Shown here in pieces: positions 50,592 through 60,923 of a DNA stretch of 64,000 nucleotides. The notes beneath the pieces were generated by a model. It was not told the origin of the DNA, made no database searches, and was given only the letters and a program-made list of their open reading frames with translations. The first letter of the stretch is position 1. Every line of letters starts with the position of its first letter. The DNA is from a virus (taxonomy: Duplodnaviria > Caudoviricetes). The DNA lies in IMG/VR virus record IMGVR_UViG_3300014205_000170, positions 128,001 through 192,000 of that record. One strand, given 5' to 3'. The translations under genes were made by a program, and so were the position numbers.

Positions 50592-51335
50592 TTAATTGTT
50601 TTTTGAATTATCCTTTATAATTCTAAATCTCAACAAAGGTTTACCATTAATAGTAATATCACCTTTTTCATTTTTATCGATTGTTTTTACAACAATCTTT
50701 TTGTTTTTAAATTTACCTCCAAGTACAGTATCTCCAATTTCAATTGGTATTTTAATTTCTTCATTTAAAATAGTTGACAAGAAAAGCTTTCGAACACTTT
50801 TTCTAATTTCCTGTAAAGTTGAGTCTTCAACATCATGCTTCATTTCAACAAACTCAATAATTGTCGGATTTAAAATAATAGCATGAATAACACCTTCATT
50901 CTTTGGAACGTAAATTACATCATAACCTAACTTAACCATATTTCTAACATAATTAGCCGGTTCATTTCTAAAAAATTCTATCCAAATTTGCAAAAACTGT
51001 TCATGTGGATTTTCGTTATGCTCAATTGTATTCTGTATGGCTTGTTTTAAGCCAATATTAGGATTTTCATCCCAGTTTTGAGCATGCATTTGCCAATCTG
51101 ATGATTGTTTTGCTAACCATTCCAATTGTTTAACAGGAGCTCTCTTTCCTTCTTTAACAGAAATAATTTTTTTAGGATTTAATTTAACTGTATAAACATA
51201 TTCTCCATATCGTCTTGCATCATCAAATGATGATGTAAAATAAATTCCTGGACCTTCTTGGTCATGAGCTTCTTTGCCTCCGACAAAATCATCTGTGAAT
51301 TTTTCTATTTTATGTTTTGAACCGTGGTAGAACAT
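50592..51335 (-). CDS. ADP-ribosyltransferase-like (ART-PolyVal-type) domain + tag + KOW-like C-terminal module
   Basis: FYHGS...F.....GPGIYFTSS...A..YG; LQEIRKSVRKLFLSTILNEE; IGDTVLGGKFKNKK. Confidence 0.6.
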   Translation of the reverse strand: MFYHGSKHKIEKFTDDFVGGKEAHDQEGPGIYFTSSFDDARRYGEYVYTVKLNPKKIISVKEGKRAPVKQLEWLAKQSSDWQMHAQNWDENPNIGLKQAIQNTIEHNENPHEQFLQIWIEFFRNEPANYVRNMVKLGYDVIYVPKNEGVIHAIILNPTIIEFVEMKHDVEDSTLQEIRKSVRKLFLSTILNEEIKIPIEIGDTVLGGKFKNKKIVVKTIDKNEKGDITINGKPLLRFRIIKDNSKNN

Positions 51336-51341
51336 TTTTAA

Positions 51342-54293
51342 TTACTTTTTTTCTTTTTTCACAATCACCTTAGCTTTATCTAACAACGTACTTATTTCAT
51401 TATTTTCAAATAAAAGTTCTGAAAACCTCTCATTTAATTCGTCCTTACCAAAATCCCCTTGAACACCATAATAAGGAACTTTGATTGTTAATCTATCTCC
51501 TCTTTCATCTAAAGCATATGCTATTATATTATTTAAATTCCCAGCAGAACTTATATCAATAAAACCATCATCATAATATCCATAAGATTGAGCATCTTTA
51601 ATAAAATCCACTAATTCTTTATAAGATATTTCAAATTCTAACATTTGTTTATCTTCTATTTTTTCTTCTCCTTTTTTCTTGGTTTTTACATTAGCCCATT
51701 CGGATTTACCAAGTAATTCAGATATTGGTCGGATAAACAATTTCCAATATTCATCTTCATCTGCCTGTCTTTGTGCATCTTCGACCGCTCTGACAAATGT
51801 TGTTTTAATATCATCAAGTAAAGAGTCATTATATCCGCCTTCTGCAAATTCTTCTGGATTATTTAACACATCTACCAATTGACTGTTAGTCATGGCTTGA
51901 ATTTGTTTTTTAAATCCTGGAGGGAAAGCTTTTTTAATAAGATATTTTACTCGTGCAGAATTTATTTGGTCTAAATCACTAAAATTATTATCTATACTTT
52001 CAAATGTATAGTCATAACTATGAAAATCTAATTCATAATTAGCTATAGATTTAGCTATGTCTTTTCCTCCCTCTCTAGCATTATCATCAAAAAAATCTAA
52101 CAAATCACTATCTTGCCAATCATCAAATCTTAATTTTATACTCTCATCAGTATAAGTAGTATAAACACCATTGTATTTTTTTAACCTTTCAATATCTTTA
52201 AATCTAACTGGATAAATTAAAGCATTAAAAAATTCAGGATGTTGTTTATAAATTTCAAAAACATATTGTTCTCCAAGTACTTCTTCTATTTCTTTAGCAA
52301 GAGTAAGTTGATATGATTCATCATTATTATTGTTTTCAAATAAATAAATAATTAATTCTTGTGTTTTTTCAGGTGATAATTTTAATCCTTGAATTGTATC
52401 AAATGTCAAATTGTTTAAAACTTCTTTTGAACTAATTAATTCATTTTTTTGAGCAGGTGAAAAATTAATTTTTTCCATCTCCTCATGAGAATATAAAGAT
52501 AAAATATTTAATTTCCCTTGAATTTCAGCATTTACAATTTTTTGTTTTTGTATAGGAGTTAAATTCCAATTATGTATATTTAATTTTTTATTATATTCAG
52601 AATATTGCTTAATCCAATCTAAATGATGGTCCACAATATATCTTCCTACTTTTTCCCACCCCTCTTCTTTTGTTTTTTCTAAAAGCTGAGCACCATAGAA
52701 TTCCATAGGATAATGCTGTATAAAAAATAAACCTAAATCAGCATCAAAATGAGGAGCTAATTGATTTAAATCTGGAACACTACTAAGAATTCCAAAAGGG
52801 TCATTATCTTTACTGTGATTTCTAATATAGTTTGATAATAATTCTGGTGTTAAAAATGCATTAAATACTATATAAGATATTCTACTTCTTCTAGAAAAAA
52901 GCTCAGGGTTTGAAATAAATAATGCACGAAGTCTATCTGGACCTAACAACTGTAAAATTTCTTTATCGTTTTTAACATCATTATACTCAAGCATGGAAAT
53001 ATAATGAGTAAATGCTTTTGGATAATGTTTTACTAAATAATCTTTTTGTTCATCACTTAAATACTCTAGAATATGTTTTGAAGTTGCAAACATTTCAGGT
53101 CTATTTTTAACTACCCAATTTAGAGTATCTTTATCTAAATTCATTTGGTCTAAAAATATTCCTTCTGAAACTTCCTTTTTAGATAAAGCTTTTTTTAGTT
53201 GTTCTTGATTAAATTTAACTGTTCCCCAATTTTGAACCCAAAACAATTTTGGAGCATTGTCTAGTGCCCAATTAACCATATCTTCATTTTGTAAAACGTC
53301 AGATAAAATCAAATTATCTGATATGTTTTCATATTTAAAAATATCTGGATATTTTAATAATAACATTTTTATATCCTCTAAAGACAAACGTTTTAAAACG
53401 CCCATTTGGTGTTTTAGTAGTGAAGGCTTTTTGAGAACAACATTTTTTAATTCAATATCATTTAAATCTTCAAGACGAAAATCAGTGTGTGGTTGATAAG
53501 TAGAATGGAAGTAATTAACATTTGGATTATCACCTAAAATAAAAGGAATAATATATTTGTGAAATTCTGCTTTAGGTTTTGTATTTGCTCTACCTTTCAT
53601 TTGAAGAACCACTCCAGATTCACTTACATCAGTAGTAATATATGGATACTGGTCTTTCCTTAAAGAATAAAGCATACCTCTACCACTACCACAATGTCCC
53701 ATAGCTGCTGCTTCTTTTTCACATTTTGCTCTTCCTAATTTTATCCAGTAAAATCCATCAGGGAAATTCATTACAATTTCACCATCTTCATCCTGGATTT
53801 TGCCACCTTGAATATCTTTTAGTGCCTCATGCCAAGCCTTACTTCTTAATGTAGCTTGCTGAAATGTTAAAGCTTTTAAATTCAATTGGTCTTGTTCTGG
53901 AGCTAATACAGTTCTATTTCTAAGCCAATCAAGTATGTGTTCATATTCAGGAGTGAATGCTTTAATAGCTTTTCGTATTTCTTCAATAACATTTCTTCGT
54001 TGAGGTGATAAGTTCCCATCTTTTTCAGATTTTTGAACTCCTGTATCCAATTCACCATTTTCGTCTATATAACCTATTTGAATTAATGTTTTCTTTAAAG
54101 AATCAGCTATCCAAATGGAATATTTATCAGATAAATTATGAGCCCAATCTGCTATCTCTTTTTGAAGTTCTTCCGGGAATTTAATTTTAGTAATAATAAC
54201 GTTACGCTTATCACCTTCTGAAATAAGATTTTCACTAGTAGGAACACCAGCTAATACCTTTAATCTTTGTTTAAACGTTTCAGACAATAACAT
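51342..54293 (-). CDS. large multidomain protein with PcfJ-like domain and helical repeats (putative virion-internal)
   Basis: N-term QRLKVLAGV; EAAAMGHCG..LYSLR....QMKGRAN; repeated ..K.P..F units. Confidence 0.6.
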   Translation of the reverse strand: MLLSETFKQRLKVLAGVPTSENLISEGDKRNVIITKIKFPEELQKEIADWAHNLSDKYSIWIADSLKKTLIQIGYIDENGELDTGVQKSEKDGNLSPQRRNVIEEIRKAIKAFTPEYEHILDWLRNRTVLAPEQDQLNLKALTFQQATLRSKAWHEALKDIQGGKIQDEDGEIVMNFPDGFYWIKLGRAKCEKEAAAMGHCGSGRGMLYSLRKDQYPYITTDVSESGVVLQMKGRANTKPKAEFHKYIIPFILGDNPNVNYFHSTYQPHTDFRLEDLNDIELKNVVLKKPSLLKHQMGVLKRLSLEDIKMLLLKYPDIFKYENISDNLILSDVLQNEDMVNWALDNAPKLFWVQNWGTVKFNQEQLKKALSKKEVSEGIFLDQMNLDKDTLNWVVKNRPEMFATSKHILEYLSDEQKDYLVKHYPKAFTHYISMLEYNDVKNDKEILQLLGPDRLRALFISNPELFSRRSRISYIVFNAFLTPELLSNYIRNHSKDNDPFGILSSVPDLNQLAPHFDADLGLFFIQHYPMEFYGAQLLEKTKEEGWEKVGRYIVDHHLDWIKQYSEYNKKLNIHNWNLTPIQKQKIVNAEIQGKLNILSLYSHEEMEKINFSPAQKNELISSKEVLNNLTFDTIQGLKLSPEKTQELIIYLFENNNNDESYQLTLAKEIEEVLGEQYVFEIYKQHPEFFNALIYPVRFKDIERLKKYNGVYTTYTDESIKLRFDDWQDSDLLDFFDDNAREGGKDIAKSIANYELDFHSYDYTFESIDNNFSDLDQINSARVKYLIKKAFPPGFKKQIQAMTNSQLVDVLNNPEEFAEGGYNDSLLDDIKTTFVRAVEDAQRQADEDEYWKLFIRPISELLGKSEWANVKTKKKGEEKIEDKQMLEFEISYKELVDFIKDAQSYGYYDDGFIDISSAGNLNNIIAYALDERGDRLTIKVPYYGVQGDFGKDELNERFSELLFENNEISTLLDKAKVIVKKEKK

Positions 54294-54346
54294 AATGTAA
54301 ATAAATAGCCTTTTTTTTACTTAAAATAAGCATATTTATATAGGAT

Positions 54347-54790
54347 ATGGAGAACAAAAAAATAGGTGCCGGAGTTATATTAATTGACAAAAAAACCGGC
54401 GATATTCTACTTGGAAGACGTTCATTTCAATCGCCATCTCCAAACACTTACAGTCCATTTGGTGGCACATTTGAACCAAAGGATGGCGACCCAAAAACAA
54501 CAGCAAAACGTGAATTTGGAGAAGAAACCGGTAGTAGTGAAGAATACGAAATATCAAAAACTCCATTTTATGTACAAGATTCCCCTAAATTAACCTTTTA
54601 TAGTTATTTAGGATTGGTAGACAGCAAATTTCCAGTACATATCAATAAAGAACACATAACATTTGGTTGGTTCCCAATAGAACATCTACCTTCTAATTTA
54701 CACCCAGGTTTTGCTAAACTTTTAAGTGATAAAAAATCGGAATTGGAAAATATAATCAACAAATTAAAGAAAAGTAATACAGATACGTAA
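54347..54790 (+). CDS. Nudix hydrolase
   Basis: GGTFEPKDGDPKTTAKREFGEETG Nudix box; LHPG. Confidence 0.9.
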   Translation: MENKKIGAGVILIDKKTGDILLGRRSFQSPSPNTYSPFGGTFEPKDGDPKTTAKREFGEETGSSEEYEISKTPFYVQDSPKLTFYSYLGLVDSKFPVHINKEHITFGWFPIEHLPSNLHPGFAKLLSDKKSELENIINKLKKSNTDT

Positions 54791-55036
54791 TTATTTTACG
54801 TATTCATTGAACCATTTCGTAAGTTCTCGACCATTAATGACTATATTATTTTTATAGGCAAAATGACCTATACCATCGTATAAAATCTGAAAGGCATCTT
54901 TTTTAGAAAATTGTTTTGGAGAATTTTTGTCACAAAATTCAGCTCCAGCTTTAAAACAGTTTCTATTTCTATTGTCTAAAGTTTTTTCGTGTTTTCTTGC
55001 AGCTTGTTCTATTTTTTTACCAAAGGACTTGTTCAT
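54791..55036 (-). CDS. small phage protein
   Basis: FKAGAEF motif. Confidence 0.5.
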   Translation of the reverse strand: MNKSFGKKIEQAARKHEKTLDNRNRNCFKAGAEFCDKNSPKQFSKKDAFQILYDGIGHFAYKNNIVINGRELTKWFNEYVK

Positions 55037-55060
55037 AATTATTCTATTATCATTTTTATG

Positions 55061-55807
55061 TTATTGTTGATTTATAGTTTCATTTACTCTTTGAAGGCAG
55101 ATTTCAAAATATTTTTCTTCTTTTTCCATCATGATATAATTACGTTTTAGATTCTTTGCTGCAAGTCCAGTAGTTCCACTACCGGCACACGTATCTAAAA
55201 CAACATCTCCTTCGTTTGTATAAGTTTTAATTAAATATTCCATTAAAGCAAGCGGCTTTTGAGTTGTATGTAAACAACTCTTTTGTTTATCACTAGCAAA
55301 CTTTATTACGCTACGTGGAAACCTATCTGTATCACCACCACCTGAAATTTCACGATTCATTCTGCCGTATAATTCAGTATTATTTTGAGTTTCAATATAT
55401 TTAGTATAACTATTAATTGGCTTATGGCCTTTTGTTTTTTGAGGATTATATGTTGGTAAATCTTTGTAAAACACCAAAATATTTTCATGAGCTTTCATTG
55501 GCATTTTTTTAGCATTCAAATGTCCTGTCGCTTGAGTTTTTTCCCATATCCATTCATACTTCAACATTTCAAGATTACTTGCACCCAATACTTTATCAAA
55601 TGGAGTTTGAGCTGTTAATACTATTGCCCCATTTGATTTTATAATTCTTTTATATTGAATCCAAAGCTGTACTAAATCAATAGGACTATCCCATCTGCAT
55701 TTTGTCGTCCCATAAGGCAAATCTGCGAGAATCATATCAATACTGTTATCTTTTATTGACTTCATTAATTCTAAGCAATCACCTAAATATGTTTTATTAA
55801 TTTGCAT
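55061..55807 (-). CDS. site-specific DNA methyltransferase (N4C/N6A, beta class)
   Basis: GDCLE, DLPYG, H.TQKP..L, VLDTCAGSGTT. Confidence 0.92.
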   Translation of the reverse strand: MQINKTYLGDCLELMKSIKDNSIDMILADLPYGTTKCRWDSPIDLVQLWIQYKRIIKSNGAIVLTAQTPFDKVLGASNLEMLKYEWIWEKTQATGHLNAKKMPMKAHENILVFYKDLPTYNPQKTKGHKPINSYTKYIETQNNTELYGRMNREISGGGDTDRFPRSVIKFASDKQKSCLHTTQKPLALMEYLIKTYTNEGDVVLDTCAGSGTTGLAAKNLKRNYIMMEKEEKYFEICLQRVNETINQQ

Positions 55808-55810
55808 ATT

Positions 55811-56308
55811 TTAAGCTCTTCCTTCTACTTCTGCATTTCCATTATGTCCTTGGAATTCTTGTATCTCCTGTCTAGCCTCACCTCCTGCATCTCGTTCTTC
55901 TATTAACTCATCCATTAAAACGTTCAAATCTTCATCTGTTGTAATTTCAGCTTCGCCTTCCATAGGGCCATCATCATTCGCTGCATCAGTATACTCTTCT
56001 TTTTTCATACATTCTTCATCATTATAATATTGAGGTTCTCCATCAAATTCAATTTTATAAGTAGAATTTTGTGTTTCAAAAATACCAGCTTCTTCATTAA
56101 TTTCTTTAATAGCAGATGTGTAAAATTCAATACTTCCATTTTCTTTGCATAAGTACAAATTACTACCCGTTCTAAATTCACTTAGTATACCGGAAATTGT
56201 AAAACCCTCATTTATTCCTAAAGGATGATTGCCATCAAATTTGTCATCAATTATTTTGGTTATAATAACCTTCTGATTTAAAAATTTATTCTTTGTTGCT
56301 TTTTTCAT
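55811..56308 (-). CDS. hypothetical protein with acidic C-terminus
   Basis: FETQNSTY motif; D/E-rich tail. Confidence 0.55.
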   Translation of the reverse strand: MKKATKNKFLNQKVIITKIIDDKFDGNHPLGINEGFTISGILSEFRTGSNLYLCKENGSIEFYTSAIKEINEEAGIFETQNSTYKIEFDGEPQYYNDEECMKKEEYTDAANDDGPMEGEAEITTDEDLNVLMDELIEERDAGGEARQEIQEFQGHNGNAEVEGRA

Positions 56309-56319
56309 TTGTTTGTTTA

Positions 56320-56769
56320 TTATGTTGTGTGAATACTTTCTAAAATAAATTGCAATTCAAATCCTGCTTTACACGCAGTTGCTTTAAATCCACCCGTTGA
56401 AACATAACTAGGTTCTTCTTCGTATCTATATTTTCTTACTTCTTCTAATAAATATATAGCAGTAGCTTTCAAATCTTCTATGGATGGGAGTTGTTGATTT
56501 ATTCCCCAAGTCCAATTAATGGCCTTCATAACAAAATGTGTTTTTTCAAAATCAAAATTTCTAAGTATATATTCAATTTGAACATCATCTTCTTCGGTAT
56601 TTATTTTTTTGATAAATTTCCCATTTCTATACCATACTAATTGCCCTGTATCATAAATAACAGCTGGACCATTATTTCTATGAAATTTACCTTCACTATT
56701 CTTCCAATAAGACATTCCTTTTTGTTGGTGATACCCAATTGGAAATTTTTCAAAAATTACAAATCTCAT
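56320..56769 (-). CDS. hypothetical protein (HR.NGPA repeat N-terminus)
   Basis: FHRNNGPAV; FDFEK.H..M....W.W. Confidence 0.55.
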   Translation of the reverse strand: MRFVIFEKFPIGYHQQKGMSYWKNSEGKFHRNNGPAVIYDTGQLVWYRNGKFIKKINTEEDDVQIEYILRNFDFEKTHFVMKAINWTWGINQQLPSIEDLKATAIYLLEEVRKYRYEEEPSYVSTGGFKATACKAGFELQFILESIHTT

Positions 56770-56861
56770 TACACAAACAAAAAGAAAAAAATCAAATAAT
56801 CAAAATTTTCATATGATTTTTCTATTATGGATATTAGTCACCTTTAGTGTACCAATAAAAT

Positions 56862-56898
56862 AAAAAAGCGCACACCCCAGACGAGAAGTGTGCGCTTT
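56862..56898 (-). terminator. intrinsic terminator after pepF
   Basis: AAAGCGCACAC / GTGTGCGCTTT 11-bp stem plus T-run. Confidence 0.8.
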
Positions 56899-56914
56899 AA
56901 TAAAGAAGCTTTTA

Positions 56915-58675
56915 TTACTCTAGTTGTTTAATTAAATTTTCAATATTTTCATAAGCAATTTTATAAAAATTATTATCAAATTTTATATTAAATATACTGT
57001 TTAGTAAATTTTCAGGAGTATCTGAGCCTCCGGCAGCTAATAATCTATGGTATTTTTCAATAAACTCTTCTTTATTAATTGAATTTTTATAATTCTGATA
57101 AAGATTTAAACTTATAATATTCCCGAAAGCATAAGTGTAACAATAAAAAGGTGTTTCAAAAATATGAGGTATGGATGACCAGCCATATTCAACAACTTTA
57201 GAATCTATAAGAATATTATCTCCAAATAACTTCTTGGTTTCATCTAACCACATTCTGTTATAATCTTCGTAAGTTAAAGGTTCGTTTTTAGCAAATGATT
57301 CATGACATTTTTTCTCAAAAGAAACATAAGATATTTGTCTTGAAATTGTTGCAAAAATATCATTTAGTCTTTCGCATATTAAAATTCTCTTTTGCTCTTT
57401 ATCGTTAATTGAATCAAGCAGAGTTTCAAACATTAAAGTTTCATTAAAAATAGAAGCCGTTTCTGCTAAGGTTAAAGGGGCATGAAAAACACAATCTTTT
57501 TGTTTTCTTGCCAATCTTCCATGAAATGCGTGACCTAATTCATGAGCAAGAGTTGTAACATCCTTTGTTGTATTTGCCCAATTTAAAAGAATAAACTCCG
57601 GTAAAAATTTTGAATACTGAGCATAAGCTCCATTAGATTTACCTTTTTTTGGAAAAACTGATATTCGCCCACCTTCTAACATATCCTGGGAAAACGTTAA
57701 TAGCGATGGGTCCACCTGACTTATTGTATCACAATACAATTTCCACCCATCTTCAAATAAAAATTTTTCTTCAGACTTTTCCGTTGTGATTGGTGCAAAC
57801 ACATCGAAAATGTTCATTTTTTCAATATTTAAAATTTTTGCTTTTATATCTAAAAACTTATGGTATAATTCATAAGAATTATTTTCCAAAAGAGTATTTA
57901 CAGCTTCATCAGAAACTTCTTCAGAAGAATTTCTTGCGCTCATAACTGTTTTAAAATTTCTCAACTCCATATTTGCTACGGATTCCTTACAAACAGTGCT
58001 GTATAGATTTCCTAAAACGATTTGATTCTGTTTTGTATTATAAACTTTAGCTAGAGATTCAAAAGCCTTCTGTCTTATTTCTCTGTTTGGACTTTTTCTT
58101 AAAGCTCGAATTTCATCCTCTGTCATTTGTTTTCCATCTACTTCAAATTCCAATGACGTTATAAACTCTTCTCTCAACCCAGAAGATGAAGCATTAGTAA
58201 GTTTGATATAAACTTTTTCTTGATTTTCTTCAAGCATATGCTTTAAATCATTAGCAATTCTAATGAGACTGTTTTTGAAAGAAAAAAACATTTCCATATT
58301 TGACATAGAAATTATACTCTCATATCCCATCTGTTTATATGCTTCATTAATGAAAAGAAATTTTTCACTAAATTCAGAATAAATTTTTTCCATTTTGGAA
58401 ATAATTTTCTGCACTTCTTGATTTTGAGTGTCTAAAGATTGAGTAAGACTTAAGAAAACAAAAATCTTATTAATTTCTTTAGTTAATTCATCTTCTTCTT
58501 CCAAAAAGATTAAAAAATCTTCTTTACTCAAAGAAACCAAGGAGTTTAAATTGTATTTTTCTAGAAATTTATTGGATTTGCTTTTAAATAAATTTAAATC
58601 AGATTCTAATTTTTTATCAGTTATTCCTGAGTAAAAATATTTATCTAATTGCCATTCTGTATTAAGATTATTCAT
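56915..58675 (-). CDS. pepF: M3B oligoendopeptidase F
   Basis: GK..GAY, TLAHELGHAFH, LAETASIFNE, W..IPH...PFY.Y.Y.FG. Confidence 0.92.
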   Translation of the reverse strand: MNNLNTEWQLDKYFYSGITDKKLESDLNLFKSKSNKFLEKYNLNSLVSLSKEDFLIFLEEEDELTKEINKIFVFLSLTQSLDTQNQEVQKIISKMEKIYSEFSEKFLFINEAYKQMGYESIISMSNMEMFFSFKNSLIRIANDLKHMLEENQEKVYIKLTNASSSGLREEFITSLEFEVDGKQMTEDEIRALRKSPNREIRQKAFESLAKVYNTKQNQIVLGNLYSTVCKESVANMELRNFKTVMSARNSSEEVSDEAVNTLLENNSYELYHKFLDIKAKILNIEKMNIFDVFAPITTEKSEEKFLFEDGWKLYCDTISQVDPSLLTFSQDMLEGGRISVFPKKGKSNGAYAQYSKFLPEFILLNWANTTKDVTTLAHELGHAFHGRLARKQKDCVFHAPLTLAETASIFNETLMFETLLDSINDKEQKRILICERLNDIFATISRQISYVSFEKKCHESFAKNEPLTYEDYNRMWLDETKKLFGDNILIDSKVVEYGWSSIPHIFETPFYCYTYAFGNIISLNLYQNYKNSINKEEFIEKYHRLLAAGGSDTPENLLNSIFNIKFDNNFYKIAYENIENLIKQLE

Positions 58676-58713
58676 TTTATATGTTTATTTGTTGTTACAC
58701 AAATATACATTTT

Positions 58714-60558
58714 TTAATGAATAAACAGATGTGAATTTAGTTTTTTTATATTTAAAGAAATCAATTTTTGGTCATTAAACTCATATGCTCCGGCATATTT
58801 ATTAATGATTGTCTCTCTATTTGAAAATCCTCTACTTCGAGGAGAAATAATAACGAGAGGCGCTGCTTGAGCTGATTTAAATACTGAAATCATAGATTTA
58901 TGATAACACATATCAACAGCATCAATAAATTGTTTTTCAGTTACTTTTTCATATATAGTACTTCCATCTGGATAATTTGGAAAATAATCCATGTTTAAAG
59001 TTTTATTCTGATATTCTGCTATTAAATCAATTAAATCTTTTCTGTCTCTAATAATCTCAGCACAAATACCAGACACTAACCAATAATCAAAAGGGTCTTC
59101 ATTTGCATCGGCAAGTTCAGCAGCAGGCTTTGTGCTGCCATCATAAAGATTTACTGGTACAATGTCTTTATTGAATCTTTTGTTAATATACGCAGCCAAT
59201 TGGAAAATTTCCATTTTGGTCATATCTCCAACAATTGAATGCACTCCTATTGAACCTATATCATGAAAATTTGCCCATCCCAAAACAACTTCAGTATGAT
59301 TACCGGTTGCTACTATACCAGTACCGAACAGATGTGACGCTGATAGTCCTTGTACGGTTCTACCAACAGCTTGCATACATGATTTTGAGCCATTACTAGG
59401 GTCTACACCAAAACCTTCTTTAAAACTCTCCTGTAAAGCCTTATATGGCTTTTCCATAGAATTCCAATAAAGTTTAACACCAAGTATGTCACAAGTTAAT
59501 TGAGCATTCGTTCTTGTAACATTTCCATTATCTTGTGTTGGGTTAGAAATAGCAACTACATTTTCTCTTCCCATGGCCTCAACAACAATAGGTAGCACCA
59601 CTGAACTATCTATACCGCCAGACATGTGTACTTGAGCTTTTTTAATTCCCAATAGTGAAAATAATTCTTTTTGTTCAAAAACAAGAGCATCAAATATCTC
59701 TTTGTTTTTATCAACAAGAATGTCTCGCATTTTATTAGGATTACTTGTGTGTGCTTTTGTTTTATCGCGAAATAAATCAAGCTCAACAGTAGTAAATTCC
59801 TCTTTAAATTGCTCAGCCATATGTATGAGATTACCATATTGGTCATACACCATTGAACCACCGTCATATATCATGATATTTTTTACAATATCACCAACAC
59901 CAACAGCATTCACAGATACAAATGGAATTTCTTTTTCAAAAGCATGTGTACTTAAAAGTTCTCTACGAACTTCTTGTTTGCCATAATAAAAATAACTTTG
60001 GTTTGGACATAAGATAATTTGTGCACCAGCATATTTCATCTTTTGTACAACATCTTCCATGTGGTCTGTATTCCAAACATCTTCACATATAGGAGTTCCA
60101 ATAACTAATTTTTCTCCGCGTATATTAACATCAAATACTTTTACGTGAGTTCCTGGCGTAAAATACTTTCTATCTTCATGGTGAGAACCATTTGCTAAAA
60201 GTATTTTATCATATGTCCCAACTATTTTTTGATTTTGAATGACTGCCACTGAATTTCTAATTTCAGGATATCCATCTTTGGTTTTTCCGTACTTATCAAC
60301 GAAACCAATAATTACAACAAGGTTTTTTGGAACTAAAGGAATAATGTTTTTTTCAAGAAATTTTATATTGAAATCGATAAAATGTTCCTGATTAAACAGT
60401 GCACCACAACAATATCCCGTAATGGCCGTTTCCGGAAAAAGTACTATGTCAGACCCAGCCTCAACAGCTTTGTTGATAGCATCAACAATTCTATCTGTAT
60501 TTCCAGACAAATCACCGGTAACGGTTTTAATTTGTGCGAGTGATACTTTTACTTTCAT
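58714..60558 (-). CDS. nadE: glutamine-dependent NAD+ synthetase
   Basis: Nitrilase triad FPE/YDK/ICED plus synthetase SGGIDSS, TGNHTE, PAAEL. Confidence 0.92.
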   Translation of the reverse strand: MKVKVSLAQIKTVTGDLSGNTDRIVDAINKAVEAGSDIVLFPETAITGYCCGALFNQEHFIDFNIKFLEKNIIPLVPKNLVVIIGFVDKYGKTKDGYPEIRNSVAVIQNQKIVGTYDKILLANGSHHEDRKYFTPGTHVKVFDVNIRGEKLVIGTPICEDVWNTDHMEDVVQKMKYAGAQIILCPNQSYFYYGKQEVRRELLSTHAFEKEIPFVSVNAVGVGDIVKNIMIYDGGSMVYDQYGNLIHMAEQFKEEFTTVELDLFRDKTKAHTSNPNKMRDILVDKNKEIFDALVFEQKELFSLLGIKKAQVHMSGGIDSSVVLPIVVEAMGRENVVAISNPTQDNGNVTRTNAQLTCDILGVKLYWNSMEKPYKALQESFKEGFGVDPSNGSKSCMQAVGRTVQGLSASHLFGTGIVATGNHTEVVLGWANFHDIGSIGVHSIVGDMTKMEIFQLAAYINKRFNKDIVPVNLYDGSTKPAAELADANEDPFDYWLVSGICAEIIRDRKDLIDLIAEYQNKTLNMDYFPNYPDGSTIYEKVTEKQFIDAVDMCYHKSMISVFKSAQAAPLVIISPRSRGFSNRETIINKYAGAYEFNDQKLISLNIKKLNSHLFIH

Positions 60559-60736
60559 TTTTTGATAATTTTGGGCGTTCGTATTTAACTTTTCCAGTAA
60601 CCTTCATCCAAGAAAGAAGTAATTCACATAAAGTTTGATTGTCTGCTATGCCACCATGCTTTGCCATTTGATAGCGTACTTCTCTACAGACTCTTTCTGC
60701 TTTTTCGTCTCTTTTTTGTTTTTGCGTCTTTGCCAT
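60527..60736 (-). CDS. small basic hypothetical protein (69 aa)
   Basis: ATG at 60736 right after the ncRNA U-tract. Confidence 0.5.
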   Translation of the reverse strand: MAKTQKQKRDEKAERVCREVRYQMAKHGGIADNQTLCELLLSWMKVTGKVKYERPKLSKNESKSITRTN

Positions 60737-60744
60737 AAAAAAAA

Positions 60745-60905
60745 GTATTGATTCACTTGTGTTGTTCTGATGAGCGTAACCCAATACTAACTCCAAGTGT
60801 TTGTTTAAAGCTTCTGGTATAACAGTTATGGCACAAAGGCGTGTTCCCACTCTCTACAAATTCGTTAACACTAAATTACGATACCTTTCGGCTGTGAATC
60901 AACAT
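60745..60905 (-). ncRNA. structured ~160 nt ncRNA, 6S-RNA-like rod with central bubble
   Basis: 11-bp closing stem, 17-bp helix with 6 G-U pairs that work only on the minus strand, GNRA hairpins, own promoter, 3' U8. Confidence 0.7.
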
Positions 60906-60923
60906 TTTAAATAACTTTATAAT

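Noticed and set aside
60767-60800. CTGATGAG on the plus strand, resembling a hammerhead ribozyme core
   Set aside because: No GAAA after a stem II, and the G-U pattern shows the structured RNA is on the minus strand
60737-60850. 5' extension of ORF 60527..60850 in the ORF track
   Set aside because: Runs through the structured RNA from a GTG; ATG at 60736 after the U-tract is more plausible
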